DNA from: Lepidodermella squamata
Lineage: Eukaryota > Animalia > Gastrotricha
NCBI GenBank assembly: GCA_047495785.1
Contig: JBLDXI010000061.1
Span: 62,001-126,000, forward strand
Direction of reading: 5' to 3'
DNA: 64,000 bases
How positions within the stretch are numbered: the first letter of the stretch is position 1; every line of letters begins with the position of its first letter. The position numbers and the translations under genes are program-made. Under the pieces are notes generated by a model. That model saw nothing but the letters and a program-made list of their open reading frames with translations, had not been told where the DNA came from and did no database searches. Shown here piece by piece: positions 24,349-37,140 of the stretch.

Positions 24349-27300
24349 ATGGTGCAGAGATTTGAATCGTTTGCAGAGTTCACCAAAATCAAACGCTTGG
24401 GCAGTGGCGCTTTTGGATCAGTTTGGCATTGCCAAGCTAAAGACGATTTCGCGGACTACGCTGTTAAGGTGGTAAATCTCAGCGCGACTCGACGCAAGTA
24501 CCGACAAAATCCGGATATGGCTGAGAGCTACGTCAAATTAGGCCGCACTGAGGTTTTTAGTCAGCGATATTTTCAATACTGATCTTACTGATTCTGCCCA
24601 ACAGCATGTCAAACTGCTAAGTTTGAGGCACGCCAACATAGTGTCATTTTACGATGCTTTTGAAGGTTGGGTAAAACTCTAATTGTAAATTTTAATATGA
24701 AGTACGTTCTACCAATTTTTTCCAGAACCTTTGGTTGAACTAGATGATTCAAACCAACATGACTGGCATCTGGACGATGAGATGTACTACCTCGTCATGG
24801 AATTTTGTCCCGGCGGAGATTTAGAAGAATACATAAAACGAACTAATGAGGCAAATGCGAAAATTCCAGAAGATTTGCTTCGCGAGTGGGCTGGGCAACT
24901 TGTTTCGGCAATAAATTGTCTGCATAAATGTTTCGCGCTCCATCGCGATATCAAGCCGAAGAATATTTTCCTCACAGCCGATGGTAAAACAGTCAAGCTG
25001 GGCGATTTTGGATTCGCCAAAATCTACCAAGGGTTAGCCTTTTCTACTGTGGTGCACATCTAACGCTCTTCTGTTTCAGATCGAGTAGCACTACAACTCT
25101 GGGCCTCGGAACCCCTATCTACGCCGCGCCTGAAATTTTTAACAATGAGCAGCACTCGCCGGCCAGTGATTGGTGGTCTCTTGGAGTCACGCTGTTTGAG
25201 CTAGCTAATTTCCGCCTACCTGTAAATGATTATATATTTAAAGGTTTTGTCATGAAGTTACTTTGTTTCGTCTTGCAGTTCAAAACAACATACGAGATCA
25301 TTTTGTAAGTTCAAGACCTTTTACTCCTTGTCCAAATGTCTGCTAGAACCATGGCTAAACATACAATGCGTTTCAGAATTATGTGCCTAGTACAGTGCTC
25401 CCTCGATATAAGCAAGGGGGCGGGGTCCACGCGATTGCTCTTATCGAGGGTTGCTCTTATAGAGGGCTGTTAAAGAGCTAGCAATGAATCATAAGTGCGT
25501 CGCCAGGTTTTTTTCTCAGTTGCTAGGGCGACGTTGATTTTACTGGTTAGCCATATCCAAGATAATCTGGTGTAGATTAATTCAATGATTTTAGATGTGG
25601 TCGATAGTATTATTTGATATGCAAAGTTTGGTCATTTGAATTCCAATCATTTTAAGCTGGCTGAAAATTTTTCAAAATTTTCCAAACCATTTCTGAAACA
25701 TATTTCATTGAATAATTCCTTCATTTATGATCATGACCATTCGGATGTGTGAATGTACCCAGCCATATTTGATAGCCATTAATTATCTGAATTTAATTTA
25801 TTTGATCCAATTCTGAAATTTGAAGGTTAACAAAGCTTAAAAGCCTTCATTTGTATTCAATGTAGCAATTAAATTTGATTCAAAGACAAACCATGAATCC
25901 ACTAGCAGATAAGCGAACAATTTTTGGTAAAATTCGGCTAGAAGGCTGTGATGCCCACAACCCATCCAAAGTTGAAATTAATCTTTTCTCATAAATCCGT
26001 GACAAAAAAAACTGAAGGAGTCGGAGGCGAACCTTGCTTGGGAATCCTGTCCAAAGTTTGCTTGAATCTTCAGTCGAAGATGCATCCTTACTTTATTTTT
26101 TCAGAATTCTATTTCAGAAATTCTAATGAATTAACACAGATTCACGGCAATTCCTCGTGATGTGTTTTTGATGGAATCGAAAAAGCTTGAATGCCACCTT
26201 CATCTGCTCTCAGCACTGCAGTCAAACATTAGATAATTAGCGGTGTGCTTTTTATCGCTCATTTCAATCATTTTTCCTGACACGTAATCACTACCATTCT
26301 CTAAATCATCTCATCAATTACTAGTAGTATTGTTTGTGAATGAAAAAATACGAGAGACCAAACGCGCGCGCACGATCTCAATCTTGAAGTGCTGAGATAA
26401 AAAACATCGATCTGTAAAGATCAAAGATGAAGAGATCACGGCGCGCCGCTGTCAAACTCAAAAATTGGAAACGCCAGGAGCAGCGTTACAATTTTGTTGC
26501 TAACGTAAACAAATTTTTCACGTAAATTAAAAATTATCATGTAAAAAATTTTAATTTGTCGAAAAATAATTTTTCAACAAATAAAATTAACGGAATTCAA
26601 AAAAAGTTGCTAGTAGCGAGGGATTGCTCTTATCGGGGTTGCTTATATCGAGGGAGCACTGTACTTCCTTGTTTGTGTATTTTTTTTCTTATGTTGTGAA
26701 TATTCACACATTCACAAAGCTGTTGCTATCATTATTACCAGGTCACCAATGCGCATATAAGCAAAACGTGGAGAATGGAGCGATTTTTGCGATAATATCG
26801 CGAGGACTAACTCTCTTGACCAGCCAATGCATTCATATGAGAGCTAGAAGCCACAATCCGAATCAGCAATTAATATTAGGTTTCAATTAAGTTAATTACC
26901 ATCTTTTAAAATTAATTTAAAACCGCTTAAATTGAAAGTAAGCACTCCCATATCCCACAGCTGATTAAGTTGATTTTATGGAATAAAAAAGAAATCACCT
27001 ATGGTTCCTACATCTCCTCATTCATTTCTCGAAATTGCAAGAACATTTTAATTTCATGATGAAATATCGCATTAAAAATTAGTTAAATTAAATGCTCACT
27101 GACATTCTTATTCGCATCACTTTCTTAATGAAGAAGAAAAAAATGCTAATGAGCCCCCCGCTAAACATCGTTAAGGGATAGCAATGATGCCATTTTTATG
27201 AGGCTGCAATAAAAAAGGTATGTTCGTATTCCAGTGCGCGGAAACATAGAAGTGTCGGGCAGATAATTTTGAAACGCACGGTAGAAGTTTGCTCATTGAT

Positions 27301-28573
27301 TTATGTCTCTCGTGTTCAGAGACTCGACGGAGCCAACATTTGACGATGATTGTCGATTGTCTCCAGAGTTTCGTGACTTCGTTTTATCCATGCTTCGGAA
27401 AGAGAAACTACTACGAGCCACAGGAGATGATTTGCTCAAGAGACCCTTTTTGACGCTGAAACCGGGGGTCAGCATCGTAACTACAACCATTCCAACGCAA
27501 GATACCAACGCTGTAATTGCTGCAAGAGAAGCTTTAGAGGCAAGTGCATAAGCAGTACACTGATCAATACTCTATATCTTTTTTTACAGTTGCTTTTCAA
27601 ATACTCGATGCAACGAACAATGTTGCCCGATATTGAAAAATTGCTGGAGGATCAGCGCTTAAATGTGGACGTGAATAGCCGAAACGATGACGGCTTCACG
27701 CCGCTGATGATTGCAGCTCAAATGGGATTCCATGAATTTATGACGCCACTGGTGGTTAAGCATGGAGCCAACGTGGAATTGAGGGACAATTACGGCAAAA
27801 CAGCAATTTACATGGCGGCTAAAAATGGGCACCACAAAGTAGTGGAAGTTCTTGCCAAAGCATTGGGCGCTAATGTTGAAGCAGCTAGTGATAGCGGAGC
27901 GACGCCTTTATTAGTCGCTGCTAAAAATGGCCACTTGGAAATTGTGAAGCTACTCGCTGGAGAGTTCAAAGCAGATGTGAATGCAGCGACGAATGATGGT
28001 GCTTCGCCACTATTAGCTGCTGCTCATAAAGGCCACTTGGAAATTGTGAAGCTACTTGCTGGAGAGTTCAAAGCAGATGTGAATGCAGCAATGAAACATG
28101 GTGCTTCACCGCTATTAGCTGCTGTTCATAAAGGCCACTTGGAAATTGTGAAGCTACTCGCTGGAGAGTTCAAAGCAGATGTGAATGCAACGATGAATGA
28201 TGGTGATTCACCGCTATATATCGCTGCTCGAAAAGGCCACTTGGAAATTGTGAAGCTACTCGCTGGAGAGTTCAAAGCAGATGTGAATGCCGCGACGAAA
28301 GAGGGTGTTTCACCGCTATATATCGCAGCTCAAAATGGCCACTCGGAAATTGTAAAAGTTTTAGTTTATGAATTCCATGCAGATGTTTGGTCAGATGATG
28401 GGTCGTCGTTGGTGCTCGCATCCGAAAAGGGTTATCGCCGCGTTATTGAATCTTTATTGAAGGTGCCTGACATAAAAGTTGATTCCGAAATGCATGTAAT
28501 GGGAGTTTCGGCTCTATCACCAGTCTATCATCCTATTTCGAAAAATATACAAAAAACGAATAATTTACATTAG
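24349..28573 (+). CDS. Ser/Thr kinase (NEK/eIF2alpha-kinase-like)-ankyrin repeat protein, copy B, apparently intact
   Basis: Exons 24349-24552, 24605-24665, 24726-25032, 25080-25221, 25279-25304, 27320-27539 and 27590-28573, with the same intron positions as copy A. All catalytic motifs are present, followed by 8 ANK repeats (5 highly similar). The 3' end may instead splice at gtaatg near 28496. Confidence 0.85.
25364..27281. mobile_element. Older TA-flanked Tc1/mariner-type non-autonomous element expanding intron 5 of kinase copy B
   Basis: Imperfect TIR caatgcgtttcagaattatgtgcc vs reverse complement ccgtgcgtttcaaaattatctgcc, with TA on both sides. The equivalent intron in copy A is only 89 nt. 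Confidence 0.65.
25393..26661. mobile_element. pogo/Tigger-type non-autonomous element nested in the TIR of the previous element
   Basis: Perfect TIR cagtgctccctcgatataagcaa / ttgcttatatcgagggagcactg, TA TSD, subterminal ttgctcttat repeats. Confidence 0.85.
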
Positions 28574-28633
28574 TTTAGGGCTGAGTCTCCTAATGATGCA
28601 TAAATGAGGGGTCAACATTTTGAAAAGTTGTTT

Positions 28634-28636
<3 letters not shown>

Positions 28637-28717
<81 letters not shown>
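28637..28717. repeat. (ATT)n microsatellite
   Basis: Pure ATT run. Confidence 0.95.
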
Positions 28718-28789
28718 TCTATTCTAAGTTATGTCTACCGATGTCCCGTTTCGGGCGATTTGATCGAAAACGGGGTTTCTGTAAATTTC

Positions 28790-29213
28790 TACTGCATTCA
28801 AATTGATAAAAATCTGAATTTCGAAAGCCACTGTGCTATCTTTAGAAGCAAATGCGCTCAATTAATTGGTTATATTTTTAAAGCTTTCACATCTGAATCT
28901 ATGCGCTTACAAGCCTATAAGACCTATGTGCTACCTATATTGTTTTCGCTATATTGTAAAAAATCCTAATGATACGTTCCGAAATGCTACCAAACCAGCG
29001 TATAAAAATTTCTTTCTTAATCGTAACATTGATATATGGAATAATCTGATTCTCTCCCTGTTGAAATACGTAATGAAATCTCCAAAAGAAATATTTTCCG
29101 CGTGGATCTTAACTCCTATATAAAATGTGAACTATTACTGGGTTAGTGTTAGTGGCCTGCCCTTCTAATCCTGAAAGTAATTTCGAAATACAAGTATTAT
29201 TATTATTATTATT
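28790..29213 (+). mobile_element. CR1/L2-like LINE 3' remnant
   Basis: RT C-terminal peptides IDKNLNFESHC...LIGYIFKAF...AYKTYVLPIL and FFLNRNIDIWNNL, followed by a (TAT)n tail. Confidence 0.6.
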
Positions 29214-29225
29214 AGACTACAAAAG

Positions 29226-30122
29226 GGTGTGCCGACAAATGAGTACCGCAACACTTAAGCCCCGTCACTTGCGCCCCGACAAATGAGCCCAAAAACACTT
29301 GCGCCCCGTTTTAAAAATGACACTTGAGTACGCGACTTTTGAGCCCAAATTAAAATATTCAGGGGCGACATTTGCACACACGACAGATGCGCCCAGCGAC
29401 ACTTGAGTTCAGCCCGCGACATTTGCGCCCTATTTATCTGCGACATTTGCGCCCAGATATACCGTATTTGTGCCTATAGCAGCCCGGGCTACTAAAATTT
29501 CAACCTAGAAATTTTGAAATTTTTTTGATATCTTTGATATTATTTGTTTGCCTTCGCATAATTTAAAATAGCTCCTGAACCAAGAGGAAAAATGTGATGC
29601 GGTTTTTACCAGGCGATAGATCTGAGAGCGCGGTAAACTTAAGAGCTTTGGATTCGTGAGAGAAAACAGGTGAAAACGACTTTGGTTGAAAATTTCCATT
29701 TTTGAATGCTATTTTGGGGTCCACAACACGCAGAACCCAATCGCTGGTTATTTCCCCAACTTCCATTGAGGGGTAACGCTAACGAAAACCGCTATGATAG
29801 AGATAGAGATAGCATAACTTAATGGAAGTTGGGAAAATAACCAGCGATTGGGTTCTGCGGGTTGTGGACCCCAAAATAGCATTCAAAAATGAAAATGGTC
29901 ATTACATTTGCGACCTGTACTCCTTTCCCGTTATTTCTATCTATTTATTTAACTTCGGCGACAGTTGAGCCCTGGGCGCAAGTGTTCCAGGACGCAAGTT
30001 GAAATAAATTTATTATTTTTATAAATGGGCGCAAGTTAAAGCTGGGCGCAAATGTCGGTACTCAATTGTCGGGGCGCAAGTGTCGCGGCGCAAGTGTCGC
30101 GGTACTCAAATGTTAGGCGACC
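29226..30122. mobile_element. Mutator/Foldback-like non-autonomous element with repeat-rich TIRs
   Basis: Flanking direct repeat tacaaaag (29218-29225, 30123-30130; extendable to 10 bp). Ends ggtgtgccgacaaatgagtaccgc and reverse complement ggtcgcctaacatttgagtaccgc. Many acttgcgcc / ggcgcaagt units. Confidence 0.75.
29695..29894. repeat. About 75-bp inverted repeat (hairpin MITE) inside the previous element
   Basis: catttttgaatgctattttggggtccacaac...aacttccatt pairs with aatggaagtt...gttgtggaccccaaaatagcattcaaaaatg. Confidence 0.85.
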
Positions 30123-30629
30123 TACAAAAGGCGTGCCTACCCACTAACAAACAAAAATGACAATAAAAATTGAAAAATCTATAAACTTGTGTGAAAAAAA
30201 ATATATATAAAAAAAATTCTGAAAAATACTCAAAAAAAATGAAAAAATGAAAGAAAATTATAATGAAACTATGCTGTGTGATTGTATACGTTCTAATTCA
30301 TTGTACGAACCAACTCTTATATATATTTTTTGTGCATATATGTGCCTATGTAATCAGTGTGTGCATAATATTACTAAAAGATATTAGATATGATTGAATA
30401 GTAATAAAGCAGAAAAAAAAAATTTACGCAACAACTCTCTAACTAAATATACGGAACGAAATATAACCAATTCTCATTCACGTTTATTGCTAATTAAAAA
30501 TTTTGTAAATGCTTGGCGCCTTCGGGCTGGCATATTATATCGAAATAATGAGAAAATAAAATAATCATGTTGTTGTTGTTGTTGTTATTATTATTATTGT
30601 TGATGTTGAGTTTTCAAATTTCTTTATTT

Positions 30630-30920
30630 TTTTCTACAAAGTATGCTCCTTTTCATAGTTTACAACAAACCTAATGCCGTCGTGACTGCAAAAAGTTTTC
30701 CTTAGGAGGATTGTTAATTTCTGGAATAACCTGAATTTTAACACTATTAATGCTAGCTTGAACATGTTTAAAAACACCATAATGTCAAGTGATTGTTCGA
30801 AATTTCTTACCTCATCAGTGAGGCGCCAGCTCTAATATTTCTTTGTTTTCTTATCATTTTGCTATAATTGCCTCGGCGATGGTTGCAAGTAACATTAAAA
30901 TAAAAATAAAATAAATAAAA
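30630..30920 (+). mobile_element. CR1-like LINE extreme 3' remnant
   Basis: Peptide FLRRIVNFWNNL followed by an A-rich (TAAAA)n tail. Confidence 0.45.
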
Positions 30921-31280
30921 TTCTGACATCGGAATCGTGATCTACGTGGTCGATTTACCCTATCCAGCCAGGACAAAATCATGAGACGCAGTATAACTGA
31001 ATGAACACAGCTTTACTGTTGGCTACGCTTTTAGGCCCTGTAATATTTTCCAGAGTAATTCGCTTTTGTCGGATCGGAGCGCAGGTGCCCGCATAACAGG
31101 AAAAATAGCCAGCTTTTGAGGTGGTAGTAGTGACGTCACTGCTTCCTCATTTCGTCAGTTCGTTACTCTGTTATTCCCGAAAAAGCTAACACACTTCAAA
31201 AAATAAGAGAGACAGTTGCAGCCGAACTCAAAAACTATTGGTTCAGTTTTGAGACCCACGATGCGATGCCGCTATACAAT

Positions 31281-31427
31281 CAGGGTGCGAAGTACAGGGG
31301 TGCCTAACCGGGACTTTAATCAGAGGAAGGCTGAATAAAACCACAGGGGGACCCTTTGGTTTCGTCGGCTGGGTCGTAGAAAACAAGTAAAAAATACCTT
31401 AGCTCCCGGATCCTACTTCGCACACTG
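31281..31427. mobile_element. hAT-type MITE; family members also at about 37361, 57991 and 62150-62250
   Basis: TIR cagggtgcgaagta / tacttcgcacactg with 8-bp TSD tatacaat. Confidence 0.85.
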
Positions 31428-32569
31428 TATACAATGGGTGGTTTCGATCAAATGTTCGTAGCTACCGAATCTTCCTTACTAAAGATGACATACAGGTAGG
31501 TTCAGGATCAGTTTCATCAAATTACTCACTTCTTTTGCTCAGGGGCCTTCTTATCGGAAGCATCAGCAGCTTTCACCTGTTCCATTAACGCCAACATAGC
31601 CTCATCGTTTTGCCAGATCGAGCTCGGCGTGTCGACTTTAGGGTTGAACTGATTTCGAAACTTTTCTTTGAGCTTGGCCTTTCAGTTGCTCAATATCGAT
31701 CTTGGGTGCTTCGACGGCATCGCCGACAGCAGCCTCTTGGTTAACAACTACTGGATCAACTTCCTCCATTTAAAAATGAATTATGACTCTAAGGGACTAC
31801 TTTGCGCCTTGACTTGTTATTTTCAGAAACATCTGTTAAGCGTAATCACTCAAAAACACCATCTGGCTCACATTACATAGCTGTTTTCATTTAAATGCCA
31901 TTAAAAGTTAACTCTAAATATCTAATGTCAACATCAAACGTGTTAAGTCGACATTACATAGGCTGGGTCTATGTAAAGTTAACATTACATAAAAATCGAC
32001 ATTATATACGACATATACGAATTAATCACGGCTGCGTGATTAAACAACGTGTTAAATTAAATTGAATTGTATACTGGTTGAACTTTGAATGATGGACTGC
32101 CTAAGGAATTGCGCCTGTAAAAAAAACGAATGAAACATAATTTGAAAAAGCAGGATCTTGAACCGTGGAGGTAGGTAAGGATTAATCTTTGTCAGCCTTC
32201 ACCCTTTTCAAAACCGGAAACGGTAAATGACGGCAGTCTAGGAGGGGTTAATTAAAAACTATTGTTATTTTAATTTATCTGCCTAGACACCATGGATATG
32301 CTTTTTCTCATCCAGATTTTAAGTAGAGAATGTGTTTTTCTTCAGGAAATAACCAAACATATAGGAACAGGAATCCTGAACTTGTGCTTCGTGCGAAAAC
32401 TCGATTTCAGCGCTTGAATCTCGTTTCAGCCCTTATCATCGTTAGGGATTCCATTTCGCATTGTTTTCTGAACACTAGTGTATCCATCTGTCCATTTATC
32501 TGACCATTTGTCCCAAAGTAACATAGACATCTTTCAAGTCCTTGCCTCCATAACAACAAAAGGATTTAC

Positions 32570-33180
32570 ATTTTTCGTAAATACACCATGGTTTACATAC
32601 GGTTTTACTTTTGCTGGTAATAACGTGTATTCATGATGTTTAAAGCTACCAACACACACCGGCTTGTCAAAATGGTTACACACTACACACAACGTGCTCG
32701 GATAGCATTATAACAAAAGCCATTAGCTTGCAGCTTTCACTATCAATTTTCGATCACGTAGCTACGAACTACGAGCACACCAAACGAGACAATTGTTTTG
32801 CGACGACTGTGTTGCCTTGCGACTCCAGATAGACTAAACCTCTCACATCAACTTCAACCTTCAATCAATTTTGCAGTTGTCTTGACCTGAAGAGGCCTGT
32901 TCCTCGCCTTGCAAGGGCTCTAGCGTTGGAGGATCGATCAAAAGCAGCGGCCGGGATTGACTGTGGCATACGTAAGTCTAGGAATAAAATGTTGATTAAA
33001 TTCAGACCTAATCCCGCGTTTATATCATGGTAATGTACCTATAAGGGCCACGAAATCAGGACTCTAAGGGACGAGTTCAAATTCCATTGTGGTTCTGGCT
33101 ATTGATTATTTGAAATGTCCTCGAAGATTACCAGGGTATATTTCATCTCGCGGAAAATTGATTTTCAATTGTGAAAATTC
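32570..33180 (+). pseudogene. Second decayed EGF-gene remnant
   Basis: acaccggcttgtcaaaatgg and tggaggatcg...gtggcatacgtaagtctag match the paralogue-3 exons and 16140-16730. Confidence 0.65.
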
Positions 33181-33319
33181 TGCTTTATTTTTTGTAATTG
33201 GATGGGATTAGCTACTTAGGTCGCAATACATCTTTAGTTAAAATCCCATGTGTCATTCTGACCATTAACCATTCTGAGAGAAAATTCAATTTTTATCCGC
33301 GATTTAACCGAAGAAATAC

Positions 33320-33372
<53 letters not shown>
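33320..33372. repeat. (AAT)n microsatellite
   Basis: Pure AAT run. Confidence 0.95.
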
Positions 33373-33373
<1 letters not shown>

Positions 33374-33785
33374 GTTTTATTTTTCCTCTTCGAAACTGAG
33401 CGTCGTTCTTTAATCTTTACCCTTATTTTTTATCATTGGTTTTCTTTTTCCAGCGAATTTCCTTAGTAAGACCTACTTTAATTTGGTTTCTATGCACTCC
33501 GTTGATCCATCTGGCTCGAGGTCTACCCCTGGGTGCGAACCACCCAATCAGAGGCCTCCAAATATATATTTTGTGTATTAGTCCTTCTACATCGATTTTC
33601 GAATTCTAAGACATTTTTAGATCTTGTTTTTACTTTTTCTAACTTTGAAACTATAAAAAATGTACCGAAGAAAACCCGGAAAACCCAGACTCATTCTAAT
33701 ATCTCAACCAAATATCCCCAGACTCATTCGATCCCTTTAACAAGTGACATACTTCATTGTGTGACCACTTAAAAGTCCAATCTAA

Positions 33786-34060
33786 TGCGCACGTTGATTG
33801 GTCAATCGATCGTTGCTATGACTCCCGGATGAAACGTTCTGTCGTGCGATCCATAAGATTTTTTGCAACAAGTGTTTTTTTCCGCAGCAATTTACCACAA
33901 TTTATATGGAGTTTACGCTCGTTGTCAATGGAAACCGGGCAGAGGGTGTGGCAAGGTCATTTTTGTCATAAATATAAAATAATTTATTAGTGGATCGCAC
34001 GACGGAAATGTTTCATTTCGGAGTCATTAGCAACGATAAATTGACCAATCAGCGCGCGCG
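33786..34060. repeat. Palindromic dispersed repeat; a related arm lies at about 23225-23310
   Basis: gattggtcaat..cgttgctatgactcc..gtcgtgcgatcca is inverted with tggatcgcacgac..ggagtcattagcaacg..ttgaccaatc. Confidence 0.7.
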
Positions 34061-34760
34061 CCAAGGTTCAACTTACCAGTGGTTCCACAATGTTGATTAT
34101 TCTTCTCGTGACTTTTGTATTTTTTCTGATTTTTTCTTGCCATCAGATTTAAGAGTTCTGAATTCTCATCTCTATACTTATGGGACGCGCTGTAGCTTCA
34201 TTTCATGTCCTCCGTTCAATCAGCTAGCTAGTAATTTATAACTGTTGATAGCTAAGTGAATGAGGGCGACTTTATAGATAATTTCGGCGACAGGCGAGCA
34301 GACCTGTTACTTGCAAACTGTTAATCGCACAAGAGTCCTCTGTCGAATGGATGTAACCCCGTAGAAAAAGTCCTCGAATTTACGAAATTGCAGGCCAAAA
34401 ACTTTAATCATAATTTATTTGACACTCATGCATGTTTTAAATAAAAGATGCGCGCATACACACACAAAAGTTCTTGTCTCAAGAAAAAAACGTGCGCATG
34501 CAGATCATTACGTTATTATTTTATTTTTTATAAGCTTCGCCCGAGGTAGGTAGATTTTTCGGTAAGCTGTAATAATAATGAAGATATTGACAGCGCCAAC
34601 TATCGTGGAAGCTTCCAATTAAATTTGCCACACAAGTACTAGAACTGGCAGAGAGAAAGCGATGCATCCATCTACATTAGCTGAAGCTAACTACTTGGTG
34701 TACAGTGGGTGTTTTCATTATCACTGACGTCTTTGTTTTCGAGAATATCATTTCCACAAA

Positions 34761-37140
34761 ATGAGCCTGTTCTTGATAGTCATAGGTAAATTTTGATCAT
34801 ATCGTCTTTGAATAACTTGGATTCAAGTTTTTCAAAGCAAATTGCTTCCTCCTCTTTGTTAACAGAAGTTAGTTCCCTAAACTGACTAAATCCCAGTTGC
34901 TGAGCATCATTGCCGAGGGATTAGAGCCTAGATCCGGGTTAGTAATCCGGCCAGCAATAGGAATTCCTTTACCCTCTTTATTTATATGGTGCCAATAATT
35001 ACTGTCGCCATAAACTGATTGAAAACAGCTGAACTTCCAGTTGCTCAATGACGCTAATTATATGTTCTTTTTCGCCATGAAAGGCCTGGCCAGCATCGGC
35101 TATTCCTCTTGCTGCTCTCCGACCCTGCAAAAGACCGCCCTTGTATGTTTCTTCCAACTGGCTTCTCTCGAATCAGTGTACCAATGGTTTTCCAGGCATG
35201 TAAGAATGGTGGTACGTACGATTCTTCTTCTGATGCATGTCGATGCCCGTATGGTTACAACGGCACGCAGTGTGAAAATTGTAAGTTCTACTTGCGAGCT
35301 CATAATCGATGTCAAATGTAACCTAATCTTTACAGATTGGTGTGCGGGCTGCAAAAACGGAGGGACCTGCAGTGGTCCTAACACCTGCACCTGCGCAAGT
35401 GGCTGGCGTGGATCGACCTGCGACGAATGTGAGTTGTTGGCCTCCGACGAGAAAAATCAAATGCTTATTTTCGCTGGTTAGATTATTGTCAGTCGGGCTG
35501 CTGGAACGGTGGCGTATGCACTGGCTCCAACGCCTGCCAATGCCTGCCTGCGTGGACTGGGCCGAATTGCAACATATGTAAGCTCATCGAAGTCGAAAAA
35601 TTACATAACTATTGACATTTTCACTGTGTTCTAATTTCAGCCTCGTGTACGCCACCATGTTCAAACAATGGCGTTTGCCTCTCCGGCAATCAATGTAGTT
35701 GCGTGAACGGTTATACCGGCTCGCGGTGCGCGGATAGTAAGACCTAGCACTGGATTAATCCCAGTTGACTCATAATTTATTTTTCCAGTTCCCTGCCCTA
35801 CACCCTGCCAGAATGGCGGTACCTGCTCAGCCCCGAACACTTGCACTTGCGCATTTGGATATTTAGATGCTGACTGCTCCAGGGGTAAGGAGTTTCGCCA
35901 TGGAATACAACCATGATAACCGATTTCATTATTCAGCCAAGTACTATCTAGCTGGGACCACGTCTGATTTCCGCACAGCTACAACTATATGTGAGAAAGC
36001 AAACAGCCGTGCTGTTGTGATTTATACGCAAGGTGAGTTGGACAAGGCAAAAGCCAGCTTAGGGGCAAGGGCCGCAGTTTGGATTGCGCTATCGGCCGGT
36101 TTTCGCTGGGCCTATGACAACTCGGCAGTTGGACTAACAAATATTTGGGGACCTGGCGAGCCGAGTGGTGATGGCAGCTGTAAGTTTTGAGCAATAGCGT
36201 AAAGTAGGCTTTACTGAGTTTTGAGGACCGAGGGCCGAGGATTTAGGGCGACCGGTCGAGGCTTTCGCAGGAAATCCTTTGATGTTTTTCCGAGAGGTAT
36301 CGAGTATGTATCCTCCATCCTAAATGGTGTTAAGAAAACCCCAACAATTAAAGGGGGCCCTTTCCTTAAATAAATTCGGGGCTGAAAATTCCTCACCCTG
36401 AGGATACTACTTTGCCCACTGTTACAGCTGGTTGACCACCTTGCTGGTTGATATTGCCGCCGATTAGGGACATTTCCGGCAGCCAAAATCACCCGTAGCC
36501 GGGAAAGTTTCAGCATTCTTTCAATTAAGATTTGAATTTGGTTATAAATGACGATTTTTGTTTGCGCTGTTCTCGCTGACTAATTGCGTTTACTTTTCAG
36601 GTGTCACTCTGTATGGCCCGATCAGTGGGCTTAACGACGAACCATGTACCTCTGTTAACAAAGTGCTTTGCCAAAGTTTAACCGATGTGAGTCTTTTTAT
36701 TACCGTGACTTATTTCCTTAAAACTGTTCTGTATTTTAGGATACTGATGTTCAAAACGTCGCGCCTGATGCTAATTGGGCGACTGCTAAAAGCAATTGCG
36801 AAGGAAGAGGACTCAGACTGGCCGTCCTGAAGACGCGAACAATCGTTCAGTCGATGCTTGACGGTAGTAAAACTGGATGGATCGCCGCGAAACGTCCTGA
36901 TGGAAGTAATTTCTACTGGTCGACGGGCGTCGCTGTCACGCCGAGCAATACCATTCCACCATGGGCAACAGGCCAGCCTGAAATAAGCGATAGCAAGCAA
37001 TGTAACCTTCTAGAAAATGTTGTTCTCATTGTTTAAATTCGATTTCCTGTAATTCAGGCGTCACGATGGACACATCGGGTCAAATGACGGTTACAAAGTG
37101 CAGCGATAGCTACGATGCGCTATGCGAGTATACATCCTAA
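34761..37140 (+). CDS. Secreted EGF x5 + 2 C-type-lectin-like domain protein (paralogue 2)
   Basis: Exon-for-exon match to paralogue 1, with ATG at 34761 and TAA at 37138-37140. Confidence 0.85.

Noticed and set aside
28604-28969. Poly-Ile ORF
   Set aside because: Translation of an (ATT)n microsatellite joined to a LINE remnant.
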